A stretch of 64,000 nucleotides of DNA, from positions 4,480,001 through 4,544,000 of the forward strand of contig OZ244042.1 in NCBI GenBank assembly GCA_965215015.1, written 5' to 3'. Source of the stretch: Candidatus Poribacteria bacterium (GTDB taxonomy: Bacteria > Poribacteria > WGA-4E > PCPOR2b). The notes under the pieces were generated by a model. It had not been told where the DNA came from, did no database searches, and saw nothing but the letters and a program-made list of their open reading frames with translations. A program made the position numbers and the translations under genes. This document shows positions 19,150 through 29,130 of the stretch, piece by piece. How positions within the stretch are numbered: position 1 is the first letter of the stretch; each line of letters opens with the position of its first letter.

Positions 19150-21728
19150 CCGATTCGCCTATGATTAACCACCTCAAAGAAATCTATCGCGAATTATATC
19201 TACCCCCGGCAGATTCCGCAAACCCACCGTTCAGGGTTACACAGATTAATGCCCCTTACCTTTATACCGATGCGAACCTCTATGTAGATACGTTCGATAG
19301 TCCGAACCAATCTGTAAAGTTTGAGGTATCAAATGTTGGGAGTGGAAGATTAAATGTAGAAGGGATTCGTATTCCCCGTGGGGCCAAAAGGTGGATAAGG
19401 ACAGCTGAGGGCCCACAATCTGCTACACTCACATCAAATTCGGAACCGAAAGAAATTGAGCTGAACATTCTGCTAAGAGAACTACCGAACCCTTCATCCG
19501 TGAATGTTGTAAAACTGACCGTCCTCTCCAATTCAGAACGGAAAACGTTTAGCGAGATATTGTTAGGTGTGCGTCCCCCAGAAAATCAGTCTGTGAATTT
19601 GACACTTCCCGAATATCTCAACTTTGGAGAAATAACTGTCTGTAAGGTTTTGATTGCTAATCGTCGTGAAGATGCGGCGGCACCCCCAGTCGAATTTCTA
19701 CTCATCGAAGATTTTACACTTAATCCACCAACACGTCTTGAAATAACACAAAACGATGAATCCACTTTTGACGCGTATATTTTCACTTCAAAAGGTGAAC
19801 TACATTACAAATTAGATTTACGGACACCGGGTGTCGTAATGCCACAACAGGAACAATCTGGAATTAATTTCCAACAGACTGTTCCTGTGTCAATTGTTAG
19901 TCAAATATTTTCTGAGCATGCGATAACGTCCGATTCTGACTGGTTAATTGCACCGTCTCAAATCTTTACTACTGGATCTGCTATAATCGATTTACCTGTT
20001 TCTGTAAACGTTGAAAAACTGGAACCGGGGCGAAATTGCGGCGAACTTGTTGTAGCCGATAAGAAAACACAGGTATGGGTATGGTCCAAAGTTGTTAATG
20101 AAACAGCACTGACGTTAGAGAAGGAACAACCGAATATCCGCCACGTTGAACAATTCTCAGACCAAGAAGAGCCGCTGCCAATTGAAGTTGTATCAGCAAA
20201 TGAACCTTATCAATCTCTGATGATTTTTGAAGACATAGATTTTCAATTCCCACTGGCAGGCGATCAACGGACAGGTTATCTGATGGGCGACTTTAATCAA
20301 TGGGCACCGCGCACGTTGTTCCTTGAGAAAAGAGATGATAGAGGTAGCGTCACGTTAAGTGTTTCTGAAGGAATATACTGTTATCATGCTGAAATTGACG
20401 GTGAGATGCGGCTTGACCCTGCGCGGTTATACGAAATAGTCTGCTGTCAACACGGGTTAGCGTCCAAATTACAGATCGACAGAGCTGAACAAAAGGTGAC
20501 ACTGGAAAACAGGTCGGAACAGAAGTTAAAGCTAAAACTTCAATCTGCTACCAAATGGATGCGAATTAAACCTGAGACAATTGCTCTTCCCGCCAGCAAA
20601 AGAACTGAGATAACTGCGGTATTCCACCCGGAACATCTGCTGCCGGGGCTCAATTTAGGCTGGCTCCAGATGGAAACCGTAAGAGAACCGAAAAGGTCGC
20701 TTCATACGCCAATCTATGTTATCGGTATGACAAATGGGGCTGTTCCTGTTCTCCGAACTAAAGAGTTGGATTTTCCACAAATGGAACAGGGGAAAGTAGA
20801 AGGCATTCCGCTTACGATCGATATACTCGGTGAAGGAGAACTAAAGGGGGAAATTCAGCCGTCTACAGTCTTGCGTTTTGTGGAGGGCGATCTACATGTC
20901 CGAAACACAACAGCATTTAAACCGATGGGGGTTGCCCCACTTGTCCAGGTGTTAACTGAAAGACCCTCTAACGCTTATCGTAAACAGATCTCTGCGTCTC
21001 TGCTTACGGACTGCTATCTTATGAACCACAGGATGCATCGTTTCAAAGCCAAATATGATATGATTCACCTTGTCTCAGACCCGCCCGCTCTGTGCTTTCC
21101 TAAAGTTTATCTGTTTGATGACCCACAGCACGTCGATATAACGATAAAACGCAGTGATGGTAAAGGTAATGTTGTGTGTAGCGTTGAAATACCCGATGCT
21201 TTAACAGAGGGTGGATTCTTGAAGGTTAAGAACAGTGCTGCGAAAAATAATACTGGACATTATGAATTTGTTATTAATCCACAGGCTCGCACAAATGCTG
21301 GACGAGTTTCAGATACTTTACGCTTTATGGACACAAATTCCGGAATGGTACTGCCAATTCAATTCGTGGCAGATATTGTCGGAGGTGAAGCGAAGATTGA
21401 TGTTAAGACTCAGGGACAACGTTTAAATCTATTATCTGGTGGCATACCGTTAGTGATTACCAACATCAGTAAAGCTGAATTGCGGATATTTAAGTTGCTA
21501 TTTAAATATCGGCGGTTTTCTCTCTCTCCATATCTGACCTCGCAGCAGCGCACCCTCCTTCCCGGGGAATCTATTGAGAGGTTCATTAAGATGGAAGCAA
21601 CAGTCGGCTTGTTAGGTAGAACAATAGTCAAGGATACGCTTATTATTAGACTCAATGATCCACAATTTCCCAAAGGTGTCCTTAAAAAGGAGATTGTGGC
21701 TGAAATCCAAGGCCGTTTCCTGAATTGA
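19143..21728 (+). CDS. Multi-Ig-like (BACON/ASH-like) protein with internal CBM48/AMPK-beta-like glycogen-binding domain
   Basis: FEVSNVGSGRL, YLNFGEI, SDSDWL; GYLMGDFNQW, GIYCYHAEIDG, DP matches the CBM48-like pattern; no signal peptide; start may be ATG 19161. Confidence 0.55.
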   Translation: MVTDSPMINHLKEIYRELYLPPADSANPPFRVTQINAPYLYTDANLYVDTFDSPNQSVKFEVSNVGSGRLNVEGIRIPRGAKRWIRTAEGPQSATLTSNSEPKEIELNILLRELPNPSSVNVVKLTVLSNSERKTFSEILLGVRPPENQSVNLTLPEYLNFGEITVCKVLIANRREDAAAPPVEFLLIEDFTLNPPTRLEITQNDESTFDAYIFTSKGELHYKLDLRTPGVVMPQQEQSGINFQQTVPVSIVSQIFSEHAITSDSDWLIAPSQIFTTGSAIIDLPVSVNVEKLEPGRNCGELVVADKKTQVWVWSKVVNETALTLEKEQPNIRHVEQFSDQEEPLPIEVVSANEPYQSLMIFEDIDFQFPLAGDQRTGYLMGDFNQWAPRTLFLEKRDDRGSVTLSVSEGIYCYHAEIDGEMRLDPARLYEIVCCQHGLASKLQIDRAEQKVTLENRSEQKLKLKLQSATKWMRIKPETIALPASKRTEITAVFHPEHLLPGLNLGWLQMETVREPKRSLHTPIYVIGMTNGAVPVLRTKELDFPQMEQGKVEGIPLTIDILGEGELKGEIQPSTVLRFVEGDLHVRNTTAFKPMGVAPLVQVLTERPSNAYRKQISASLLTDCYLMNHRMHRFKAKYDMIHLVSDPPALCFPKVYLFDDPQHVDITIKRSDGKGNVVCSVEIPDALTEGGFLKVKNSAAKNNTGHYEFVINPQARTNAGRVSDTLRFMDTNSGMVLPIQFVADIVGGEAKIDVKTQGQRLNLLSGGIPLVITNISKAELRIFKLLFKYRRFSLSPYLTSQQRTLLPGESIERFIKMEATVGLLGRTIVKDTLIIRLNDPQFPKGVLKKEIVAEIQGRFLN

Positions 21729-22113
21729 TACCTTCAAGATATCTTCTGTAAGGGGTGTCCTCAGATTACGGTTGCACAGGTGCTATTGCAGCACACGAGC
21801 CATACCCGCGCATGTGTGACGGCCGCACACAAGGTTCTGTTGCGATTGAGATTGAAAAATACACTTCATTGATATCGCAGATATCGCATCCGAGGCAATA
21901 GAAATTAAAAGCTGCACCTCAGTTGGGGTCTCCTGCTAAAATGCGGGGATATGTAAATGTTTATCAAAAGCTGCTATACACCTTTCGCCTCTCTGAGGCT
22001 CGGTGCAAAATTTGTCGTGATGCTATCAACATTCCGCCCTCTGGGGCTATGACAACGCATATCTGGTAGTGTTCACTTCATGAGGAAAACATAGCTACAT
22101 AAATAGGTGCTAA

Positions 22114-23676
22114 ATGGACATCGCTGGTAATCGCACACTATCGTCTATCTTTAGCCAATTCGCAGCATATCATCCCGACAAGACATATCTGATTTTTGAG
22201 GGCTTGGAAGGGTATTGTCAACAGTGGAGCTTTGCACAGTTTGAGGCGCGGGTGAATCAGACTGCTGCGTGGTTGCTGGAGATGGGGCTCAAACGGGGAG
22301 AATCGTTCGCTTTTCACGCTCCCAACTCACCCGCTTTCGTGCTGCTTGCCATCGCTGCGAGTCGCATTGGAGCGGTTATGGTGCCGACCGACCACCGTGC
22401 TACGGTTGATGAGCTTATCTATATCCTAGACCACTCGGAGTCGCGACTCGTTATCACAGAGTTTGATCAACTGACAGTTGTACAGGCGGCATCGGCAGCG
22501 ACCTCTTGTGTGCAGGAAGTTGTGCTGTCTCAATGTGAGCATCCGAGCGGACACCCGATATTTGAGCGTGAAGTTGCACGGCAGGATACCTCCCCACCCG
22601 ATGTTGAGACTTCGCCCGACGATGTGGTGCATATGATATATACCTCTGGCACAACTAGCAAACCCAAAGGCGTACTGATGACCAACAGAGCATTGATTTA
22701 TGGGGCAGAGGTCTTCGTGCGTGCTAGTGGTCTGCGAAACGAAGATCGGCACCTCATCACACTCCCTGTTTTTCATGCGGCTGCACACTGCCACGCTTTT
22801 TGGCCCTCTCTGGTTTGTGGTGCCAGCATCGTTGTATCTCCGCGATTTAGCCCCTCCCGATTCTTCGGGTTGGCGGTTCGGCATCAATGCACGATGGCGG
22901 CGTTGTTCTCCGCGCCGCTGCGTATGTTGCTCGCCCAACCTCCCAACGAAGGCTGGAGATTCCACCGTCTGAGAAACGTTACCTTTGCCATCGCTCTAAC
23001 CGATGAACAATTTGCCGAGTGGGATACGCGCTTCGGCGCACCGCTTCAGCACCTCTGGGGGATGACCGAAACGGTTGGTCTACCCCTGATGAGCCCACTT
23101 TACGGGCCGCGCAACCTGCCCTCAATGGGACAACCTGTCTTGGGTTACGATGTGCGAATCTTTGACGACGAGGGCAACGAAGCACCCCCGGGAGAGGTTG
23201 GGCAAATTGTGGTTGGGGCAGATCCCGGCCGCACGGTGATGAAAGGATATTTTAAAAATCCAACGGCGACGAATGAGACAGTGCGGGATGGCTGGCTATA
23301 CACCGGCGACAATGCTTATTACGATGAGCAAGGATATTTCTATTTTATTGACAGGGGCAAGGATATCATCAAGCGCGGCGGGGAGAATGTTGCCCCCAGC
23401 GAAATTGAGTCGGTGATTAAGCAGGTTGATGGTATTTCTGATGTTGCGGTCGTGGGTATGCCTGACCCGATGTACGACGAGGTGCCTCAGGCGTTCGTGA
23501 TTCTCCGACCGGGCGCGGCACTCACCGAAGAGCAGATTATAGAACAGTGCAGTCAGTCACTTACGCGGTTCAAAGTGCCTGTGGCTGTCACGTTTTGCAA
23601 TGAATTTCCCAGAACCTCCGTGGGGAAGATCCAGAAACACTTGTTGCGGGAGCAGGCGTTGGAGTCAGCCGAGTAA
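22114..23676 (+). CDS. ATP-dependent acyl-CoA ligase (CaiC-like AMP-binding enzyme)
   Basis: YTSGTTSKPKG, WGMTET, GWLYTGD, IKRGGEN, PRTSVGKIQK. Confidence 0.9.
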   Translation: MDIAGNRTLSSIFSQFAAYHPDKTYLIFEGLEGYCQQWSFAQFEARVNQTAAWLLEMGLKRGESFAFHAPNSPAFVLLAIAASRIGAVMVPTDHRATVDELIYILDHSESRLVITEFDQLTVVQAASAATSCVQEVVLSQCEHPSGHPIFEREVARQDTSPPDVETSPDDVVHMIYTSGTTSKPKGVLMTNRALIYGAEVFVRASGLRNEDRHLITLPVFHAAAHCHAFWPSLVCGASIVVSPRFSPSRFFGLAVRHQCTMAALFSAPLRMLLAQPPNEGWRFHRLRNVTFAIALTDEQFAEWDTRFGAPLQHLWGMTETVGLPLMSPLYGPRNLPSMGQPVLGYDVRIFDDEGNEAPPGEVGQIVVGADPGRTVMKGYFKNPTATNETVRDGWLYTGDNAYYDEQGYFYFIDRGKDIIKRGGENVAPSEIESVIKQVDGISDVAVVGMPDPMYDEVPQAFVILRPGAALTEEQIIEQCSQSLTRFKVPVAVTFCNEFPRTSVGKIQKHLLREQALESAE

Positions 23677-23831
23677 CTCTCCTGATGCGAGACAAAAAAC
23701 CTTAATAGCTTAGAAGTTACGCCTTGAGTTTGTCGTAATGCCATTCAACCCGCATCACCATATAAATCGCCCGATAGTAGTAGGCACACATCGTATGCTA
23801 TCCCCCTAAAGGATTTTTGATAAATTAGGTT

Positions 23832-25508
23832 TTATGTTTTACGGTTGACGTGCCCTTCAACCTGTATTGGGAAATACTTCATCAAGCTCTCGGTGATATT
23901 TGGCGCAGCGGTTCCGAGGCTACACGCGCTAGTTGCTTTCATAGTATTGCCGATATCACTGACCTCACCTCTCCACTTTGCCAGATCCCTAGGCCCTGCT
24001 TCACCGGCGAGCCGTTCGGTGAGACGTTGCGTGCCGATACGGCAGGGGAAACACTTGCCACATGACTCCTCAGCGAAGAATTCCATCGCGTTATGTGCCA
24101 TTTCGATTATGTCCCTGCTGTCGTCGAACACTATAATCCCAGCGGCACCGAGCATAGCCCCGACCTTCCCAATGCTTGGTTCATCGAGGGTCACGTCAAG
24201 GTCATCTCCAGCGAGAAAGCCGCCGGAGAGGCCCGCCATTGTGACGGCTTGAATCGAACGCCCTTTCCGTGGGCCGCCCGCCCAGTCGTAGAGCAGGGTC
24301 TTCAACGACAACCCAAACGGTACTTCGTAATTACCCGGTTTCTGTATGTCGCCGGAGAGACTGATGACCTTCGTACCCGCGTGCCCGTTCATTCCGAGAC
24401 TACTATACCAGTCCGCTCCCCGTCGCATAATCTGGGGCGCAGCCGCAAGGGTTTCGACGTTGTTGACGACCGTTGGCAGGTTGTCGTAGCCGTGGGTCAC
24501 AGGGTAAGGGGGACGATTGCGCGGGAAGGGGTGCTTCCCTTCGAGACTATTCAGAAGCGAACCTTCCTCACCACAGATGTAAGCACCGGCACCGCGTCGC
24601 AGGTAGATGTGGAAGCTAAAGTCTGTATCAAGAATCTGTTCACCAAGGAAGCCTGCTTCCTCTGCTTCGGCGATTGCTCGTTCTAAAGTGTTGAGAGTAT
24701 CGGGATATTCATATCGGAGGTAGATGAAACCGCGTGTCGCACCGGTCGCGTAGGCGGCGAGAACCATCGCCTCAATGACTGCGTGTGGGTCATGGTCGAG
24801 GATTGCGCGGTCTTTAAAACAACCGGGTTCCCCCTCGTCCGCGTTGCAGACAATAGTTTTTGGATTCCCGGAGGCTCCAGCGACTGCCTGCCACTTGAGT
24901 CCGGTGGGAAAACCTGCCCCGCCACGCCCCGCGAGCTTGCTCTCTATGATGACTTCGATAACCTCGACTGGACGCATCTCCTGCACTGCGCGCGTAAGTC
25001 CCTCGTATCCACCAGTGCGGCGGTAACCCTCAATACTAGCGCGATTCGGTTCGCGGATTGCGCCAAAAACACACTCATCAATGCCGCCCGGATTTGGCGG
25101 CGGCAAAGGGGATGGTTTAACTTCGAGCGCGTCTGGATCCACACCGATGAGCACTTGATGCCCTTTGAGAATCGGCACAAAATCATCACAGCGACCAGCA
25201 CACGGCATTGGCGTTGCACCCGATTCTTTAAGCGCAGCAAGGATTTCATTTCCACCGACCAAGCAGCAAACGGGGCCCGTACAGACGCGGGGCGCACTTT
25301 GTCCCGGTGCCGTACGCGAGAAGTGATGGTAGAACGTAACAGTGCCGAAGAGATCTGCGAGCGGAATCCTGAGGCCCACTGCGATGTCACGGAGAGTGCC
25401 CTCAGAGATAAAACCGTCTCGGTCATGGAAGGCGTGGAGCAGCGGGAGCAACGGTGCTGGCTCATTACGCCAGCACTCAATCAACTCTCGGTTCGTTGCG
25501 GATGACAT
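23832..25508 (-). CDS. NuoE-NuoF-like fusion (NAD(P)H-oxidising flavin/Fe-S module)
   Basis: GGAGGA before ATG 25511/25508; NuoE-like TFY, CTGPVC, CAGRC; NuoF GRGGAGFPTG, NADEGEPG, GAGAYICGEE, ESCGKCFPCRIG. Confidence 0.85.
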   Translation of the reverse strand: MSSATNRELIECWRNEPAPLLPLLHAFHDRDGFISEGTLRDIAVGLRIPLADLFGTVTFYHHFSRTAPGQSAPRVCTGPVCCLVGGNEILAALKESGATPMPCAGRCDDFVPILKGHQVLIGVDPDALEVKPSPLPPPNPGGIDECVFGAIREPNRASIEGYRRTGGYEGLTRAVQEMRPVEVIEVIIESKLAGRGGAGFPTGLKWQAVAGASGNPKTIVCNADEGEPGCFKDRAILDHDPHAVIEAMVLAAYATGATRGFIYLRYEYPDTLNTLERAIAEAEEAGFLGEQILDTDFSFHIYLRRGAGAYICGEEGSLLNSLEGKHPFPRNRPPYPVTHGYDNLPTVVNNVETLAAAPQIMRRGADWYSSLGMNGHAGTKVISLSGDIQKPGNYEVPFGLSLKTLLYDWAGGPRKGRSIQAVTMAGLSGGFLAGDDLDVTLDEPSIGKVGAMLGAAGIIVFDDSRDIIEMAHNAMEFFAEESCGKCFPCRIGTQRLTERLAGEAGPRDLAKWRGEVSDIGNTMKATSACSLGTAAPNITESLMKYFPIQVEGHVNRKT

Positions 25509-25536
25509 CATATCCTCCGATACATAAGCGTCTACG

Positions 25537-26331
25537 TTAATAACCTGCCAACAGTGTGCGTAGGTAGCTAGCAGCTTTCCGTACCTGATCGATACGATCT
25601 GGGTGTTCGCCTTCGTAGACAATGGAGATACAGCCGTTATAGTTAATCTTTTTCAAAATCCCTGCGATTCGCTCATAGTCCAGCCACTCCTCTGTGCCAC
25701 TCTCGACCTTGTAAAATTTTGTGCGGACATACAGGGCATAGGGCGCAGTCTGCTCCATAAACTGGTAAAAGTCAATATCCGGGTCTGTCTCTCCCTTTGG
25801 TCCGGATCCAGGCGAACCAACCCATTGACCCGTGTCCATAATAAAAGAGAAGTTCTCTCGATCTGTCTCGCGTCGGATACGCAGCATATCGTCGCCTGTA
25901 GATGGGTGATTCTGCAACCCCACAGCGATGCCTTTCGTGGCTGCATAGTCCGCAACCTCCTGATAACCCCTGATCATCGCCGGCCAAGGATTATCGCCAT
26001 CGCCGTTCTTTTCTGGTATCACAGCGCAGAACACGCGGATGAGCGGGGAACCGAGAAACGCAGCGAGGTCAACCGCATCTCTGCAATCTTGAGCGTGTTC
26101 CTCCCGTTCCGCCGCGTTCCCAACGAACAAACCACTCACACCGATGTAACCGATAGGTAAGCCGTATCTGAGGCACATCAGCTTGATATTGCCGAGATAT
26201 TCTGGATCTGTGGAAGTAAAGGCCCGGTGATGGAAGTCAACGACGTCCATTCTTAAATCGTGGGCAACTTCAATGAAGGTCTCAACATCTGTATTGTGCA
26301 GACTCAGAAAGTTACAGCCAATTTTAATCAT
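25537..26331 (-). CDS. Sugar phosphate isomerase/epimerase (xylose isomerase-like TIM barrel)
   Basis: AAFLGSPLIRVF, LQNH, MDTG, YNGCISIVYEG. Confidence 0.85.
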   Translation of the reverse strand: MIKIGCNFLSLHNTDVETFIEVAHDLRMDVVDFHHRAFTSTDPEYLGNIKLMCLRYGLPIGYIGVSGLFVGNAAEREEHAQDCRDAVDLAAFLGSPLIRVFCAVIPEKNGDGDNPWPAMIRGYQEVADYAATKGIAVGLQNHPSTGDDMLRIRRETDRENFSFIMDTGQWVGSPGSGPKGETDPDIDFYQFMEQTAPYALYVRTKFYKVESGTEEWLDYERIAGILKKINYNGCISIVYEGEHPDRIDQVRKAASYLRTLLAGY

Positions 26332-26474
26332 GTTGTTTATTTTCCTTTCATTTTAAGGGCCGCCATCGCAGCCGATTAAATTACAAGAGGTTATCCCAAC
26401 GTGAAGCCTGATGATGTTATCAAGGTCTCCAATCAAAAACCTATGCTACTATATATACCACAAAAAATCAACGA

Positions 26475-27983
26475 TTAATCCCTCCATGAATAACTGAACA
26501 GTTTCGCATTTTGAAGTGTAAAGCGGAGTTTTACTCGCTGACCAATTAAATCGTTGAAGGGCTTTGAGAAGGAGATGGGAGCCTCAATATGATCTCCTCG
26601 TATCACCTGGGAATGCTCGTAACCTTTCAGTGGACGTCCTCGCTCTGTCAGAACGCTCACGACCAACTCGCCATCTGTTGCATCGAGATTAACTAGCAAA
26701 CGATTATCGCTCACAGTCAGTGCTTTCGTCGTTACACGCCCGGGACGGTTGCCCGCTTCTAGAGCGATGTAACGGTCGGGCCGAAAGCGCACACAACCGA
26801 TTGTTTGGAACGGGTGTCGTTTTCCCGCTTCAATAAGCCCCCGCTGTTCATATAGCCACTGCTGATCTACAGAAGGATGCGGAAGATTACCAGAAGAGTA
26901 GTACTGGTACATCCAATCCCCCACACGTATAGGGACACTGTTGAAGTGTATCATCGCACAATCCTGTTCACCAGCTTCACCCCTTGCAATCCACGGCTGG
27001 CGGTCCCCAAGCCGATCCCAATGCACCAGATCGCGGCTATACACCAGTTGGGTCTCCATGATACCGTGCTGATTCCACATGCTATGTTTGTACATATCCA
27101 TGCTGACATCAAAGATATAAAGTGCCCCAAAAAAAACATTGCCTACCGTCCACGGCTGCATAGTATAAAATTCGCAGTGCTGGTCTACCGGATCATTGTA
27201 GTGGATAATCCCATCGGCGTAGGCGTTATCCAAGCGTTCGCGAGCCATTTCATCGTCAATCAGATCCGGCGCGAGCACGAGGCAGGAACGCGGCCAATCT
27301 AGCATCAGTCGAGCACGGTTGGGGAGAGAATTAGCGAATGTCATCCCCACAGCCCGTCGGCGGAAACGACCGACAGTTGCATGGAGCCGTGGAAAGGCAA
27401 CATAGCGGCCGGGCACATCGTCGCGCATCATTGGGAAAGCATCGTCGGCGACCAAAAAGGTGCCGGTATCGCCCACACCATCGCTGATGCCGGGCTCCGC
27501 CTCCGCATTTTCCGCTGTATGCCAAGTGAATCCGTCCGGGCTGAAGATTGGCAGGTATCGCTGGCTCCACTCGCCACCGGGAATCCACGAAACCGTTCGA
27601 TATAACGTATCTTCACCTTCAGAAAGGGTGGACTCAGGACAGTAAAAAACAGCACCGGGCCCAATGCGCCCTGGTGTCTTAACTTTGTTGTTCTCGGTAC
27701 TACCATTGATTTCCGATAGATGGAGGATGGGCTTCTCCCAGTGAAGCCCATCCTCACTGGTCGCGTAAAGGTCGTTAAGTTCGTCTTTCGAGTTCCAATA
27801 CCACATTTTGAACGTCCCCTTCGGATCACGGATAACCATAGGACAGGCACAACCAGACTTATCTTCCCATGGCTGATCCGGTTGGAGGACTGTGCCAACC
27901 TTTTCTGGTAGATAGAACCTTCGCTTGAGGTTCTGTTTGGAATCAATCTCGAAATCGTCAATAAACAGACGCTTGTTTTCCAT
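26475..27983 (-). CDS. Hypothetical five-bladed beta-propeller glycoside hydrolase-like protein
   Basis: LFIDD, YATSEDGLHWEKP, SPDGFTW, SRDLVHW repeats; C-terminal beta-sandwich ending KLFSY. Confidence 0.6.
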   Translation of the reverse strand: MENKRLFIDDFEIDSKQNLKRRFYLPEKVGTVLQPDQPWEDKSGCACPMVIRDPKGTFKMWYWNSKDELNDLYATSEDGLHWEKPILHLSEINGSTENNKVKTPGRIGPGAVFYCPESTLSEGEDTLYRTVSWIPGGEWSQRYLPIFSPDGFTWHTAENAEAEPGISDGVGDTGTFLVADDAFPMMRDDVPGRYVAFPRLHATVGRFRRRAVGMTFANSLPNRARLMLDWPRSCLVLAPDLIDDEMARERLDNAYADGIIHYNDPVDQHCEFYTMQPWTVGNVFFGALYIFDVSMDMYKHSMWNQHGIMETQLVYSRDLVHWDRLGDRQPWIARGEAGEQDCAMIHFNSVPIRVGDWMYQYYSSGNLPHPSVDQQWLYEQRGLIEAGKRHPFQTIGCVRFRPDRYIALEAGNRPGRVTTKALTVSDNRLLVNLDATDGELVVSVLTERGRPLKGYEHSQVIRGDHIEAPISFSKPFNDLIGQRVKLRFTLQNAKLFSYSWRD

Positions 27984-28109
27984 GTGTTTTTTTTCGCTCC
28001 TTTACACCATATTATTATAGCATGTTTGGGTCTGGCATCTACTTCTAAAAAAATGTCTGGCATTGACACTCCAAATCGTTTATCCTCTTAATAGGAATCG
28101 TTTAAACGA

Positions 28110-28218
28110 TAGAAGTTACGCACTGTAGCCCCCCGATTCATCGGGTGTTGGAAATTGTGTTCTGCGGCGATGAATCATCGAGCTACAGGGTTTTGAGCAT
28201 TCAACTACGTAAATCCTA
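28110..28218. repeat. Composite palindromic element: TAG(A/G)A.TTACG termini enclosing a GTAG-type REP pair
   Basis: tagaagttacgc and cgtaaatccta ends; internal tgtagccccccgattcatcggg and cgatgaatcatcgagctaca. Confidence 0.6.
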
Positions 28219-28252
28219 AAACGATTTACAAATTCAAAGGCTGGAGGGAGAA

Positions 28253-29083
28253 ATGTCAGTTCAAAACGATTTGACCGAATACGCGGTCTTGACTCCAGAA
28301 CAACAGGAGTTCGTTGATGCTAATGGATATCTTGTAATCGAAAATGCACTAGAGCCAGATATAGTTGCCGAAATCAACGCAGCGATTGATGAGCTTCATG
28401 AACGCGAGGAAAAGGCTGGGCGTTTGGAAGCCGATGGAAGGCTGAATATGCGTAACTGTATCACTGAGCACGATGCCTTTTTCCAATTACTTGATTGGCC
28501 CAAAACAGCACCGCTCGCTTGGGGCATCCTGAATTGGAATATCCAGATGATTACGTCCCATCTACTTGTGCTTCCATCGAAGGACGAACCGCCACCGAAG
28601 GTCAAGGAGAGAATCGGTTTACACCGCGATGGTGGGACTTCACCGAGTGAGATGCAAGAGCCCCATCCTAGGATTTTGCTCAAGATTGCCTATGCCCTCA
28701 GCGATCAGTCAGATCCGGCTTCAGGCGCGACGGTGCTTGTCCCCGGTAGCAACCGTCTCACCGGCACCCCCCCTGTGGATACGGAAACCGGTAACGCGAG
28801 AGGGGCAATCTCTATGAATGTAAAGGCGGGAGATGCGTTCATCTTTGAGCAGCGGACTTGGCACGGTCCTGGACATAACTGGTCTGGTAAGCCGAGGAAA
28901 ACAATCTTCATGGGCTATGCTTATCGGTGGGTCAAACCGATGGATTATATCGCAATGCCCGACGAACTGATTGCTAAGTGCACAACACCTCTGCAGAAAC
29001 AGCTGCTCGGCGTGGTCAGCGATCCACTGAGTTATTATCTTCCCAAGGATGAGGATGTGCCTTTGAGAACGTTGTTGAGTTGA
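28253..29083 (+). CDS. Phytanoyl-CoA dioxygenase family (PhyH) Fe(II)/2OG oxygenase
   Basis: GYLVIENAL, HRD, GATVLVPGSN, KAGDA, TWH, R motifs. Confidence 0.9.
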   Translation: MSVQNDLTEYAVLTPEQQEFVDANGYLVIENALEPDIVAEINAAIDELHEREEKAGRLEADGRLNMRNCITEHDAFFQLLDWPKTAPLAWGILNWNIQMITSHLLVLPSKDEPPPKVKERIGLHRDGGTSPSEMQEPHPRILLKIAYALSDQSDPASGATVLVPGSNRLTGTPPVDTETGNARGAISMNVKAGDAFIFEQRTWHGPGHNWSGKPRKTIFMGYAYRWVKPMDYIAMPDELIAKCTTPLQKQLLGVVSDPLSYYLPKDEDVPLRTLLS

Positions 29084-29130
29084 ACAGGATTTACGGATAA
29101 TCGGAGAAATCTCCAAAATTCCAATCCATT

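Larger units (their letters stand above)
2136..21728 (+). other. 12-gene co-oriented cluster: MotA/ZorA-like, MotB/ZorB-like, ZnR-propeller, vWA, membrane protein, tubulin-like, Hsp70, pseudo-Hsp70, 2x GrpE-like, transglutaminase-like, Ig/CBM48
   Basis: All on + strand with short gaps or overlaps (4536/4539, 11743/11750, 16922/16924, 18168/18175, 19143/19149); visibly more AT-rich than flanking genes. Confidence 0.85.

Noticed and set aside
25509-25622. Longer N-terminus for the NuoEF-like ORF
   Set aside because: Overlaps the upstream gene; a GGAGGA RBS supports a start at 25511/25508.
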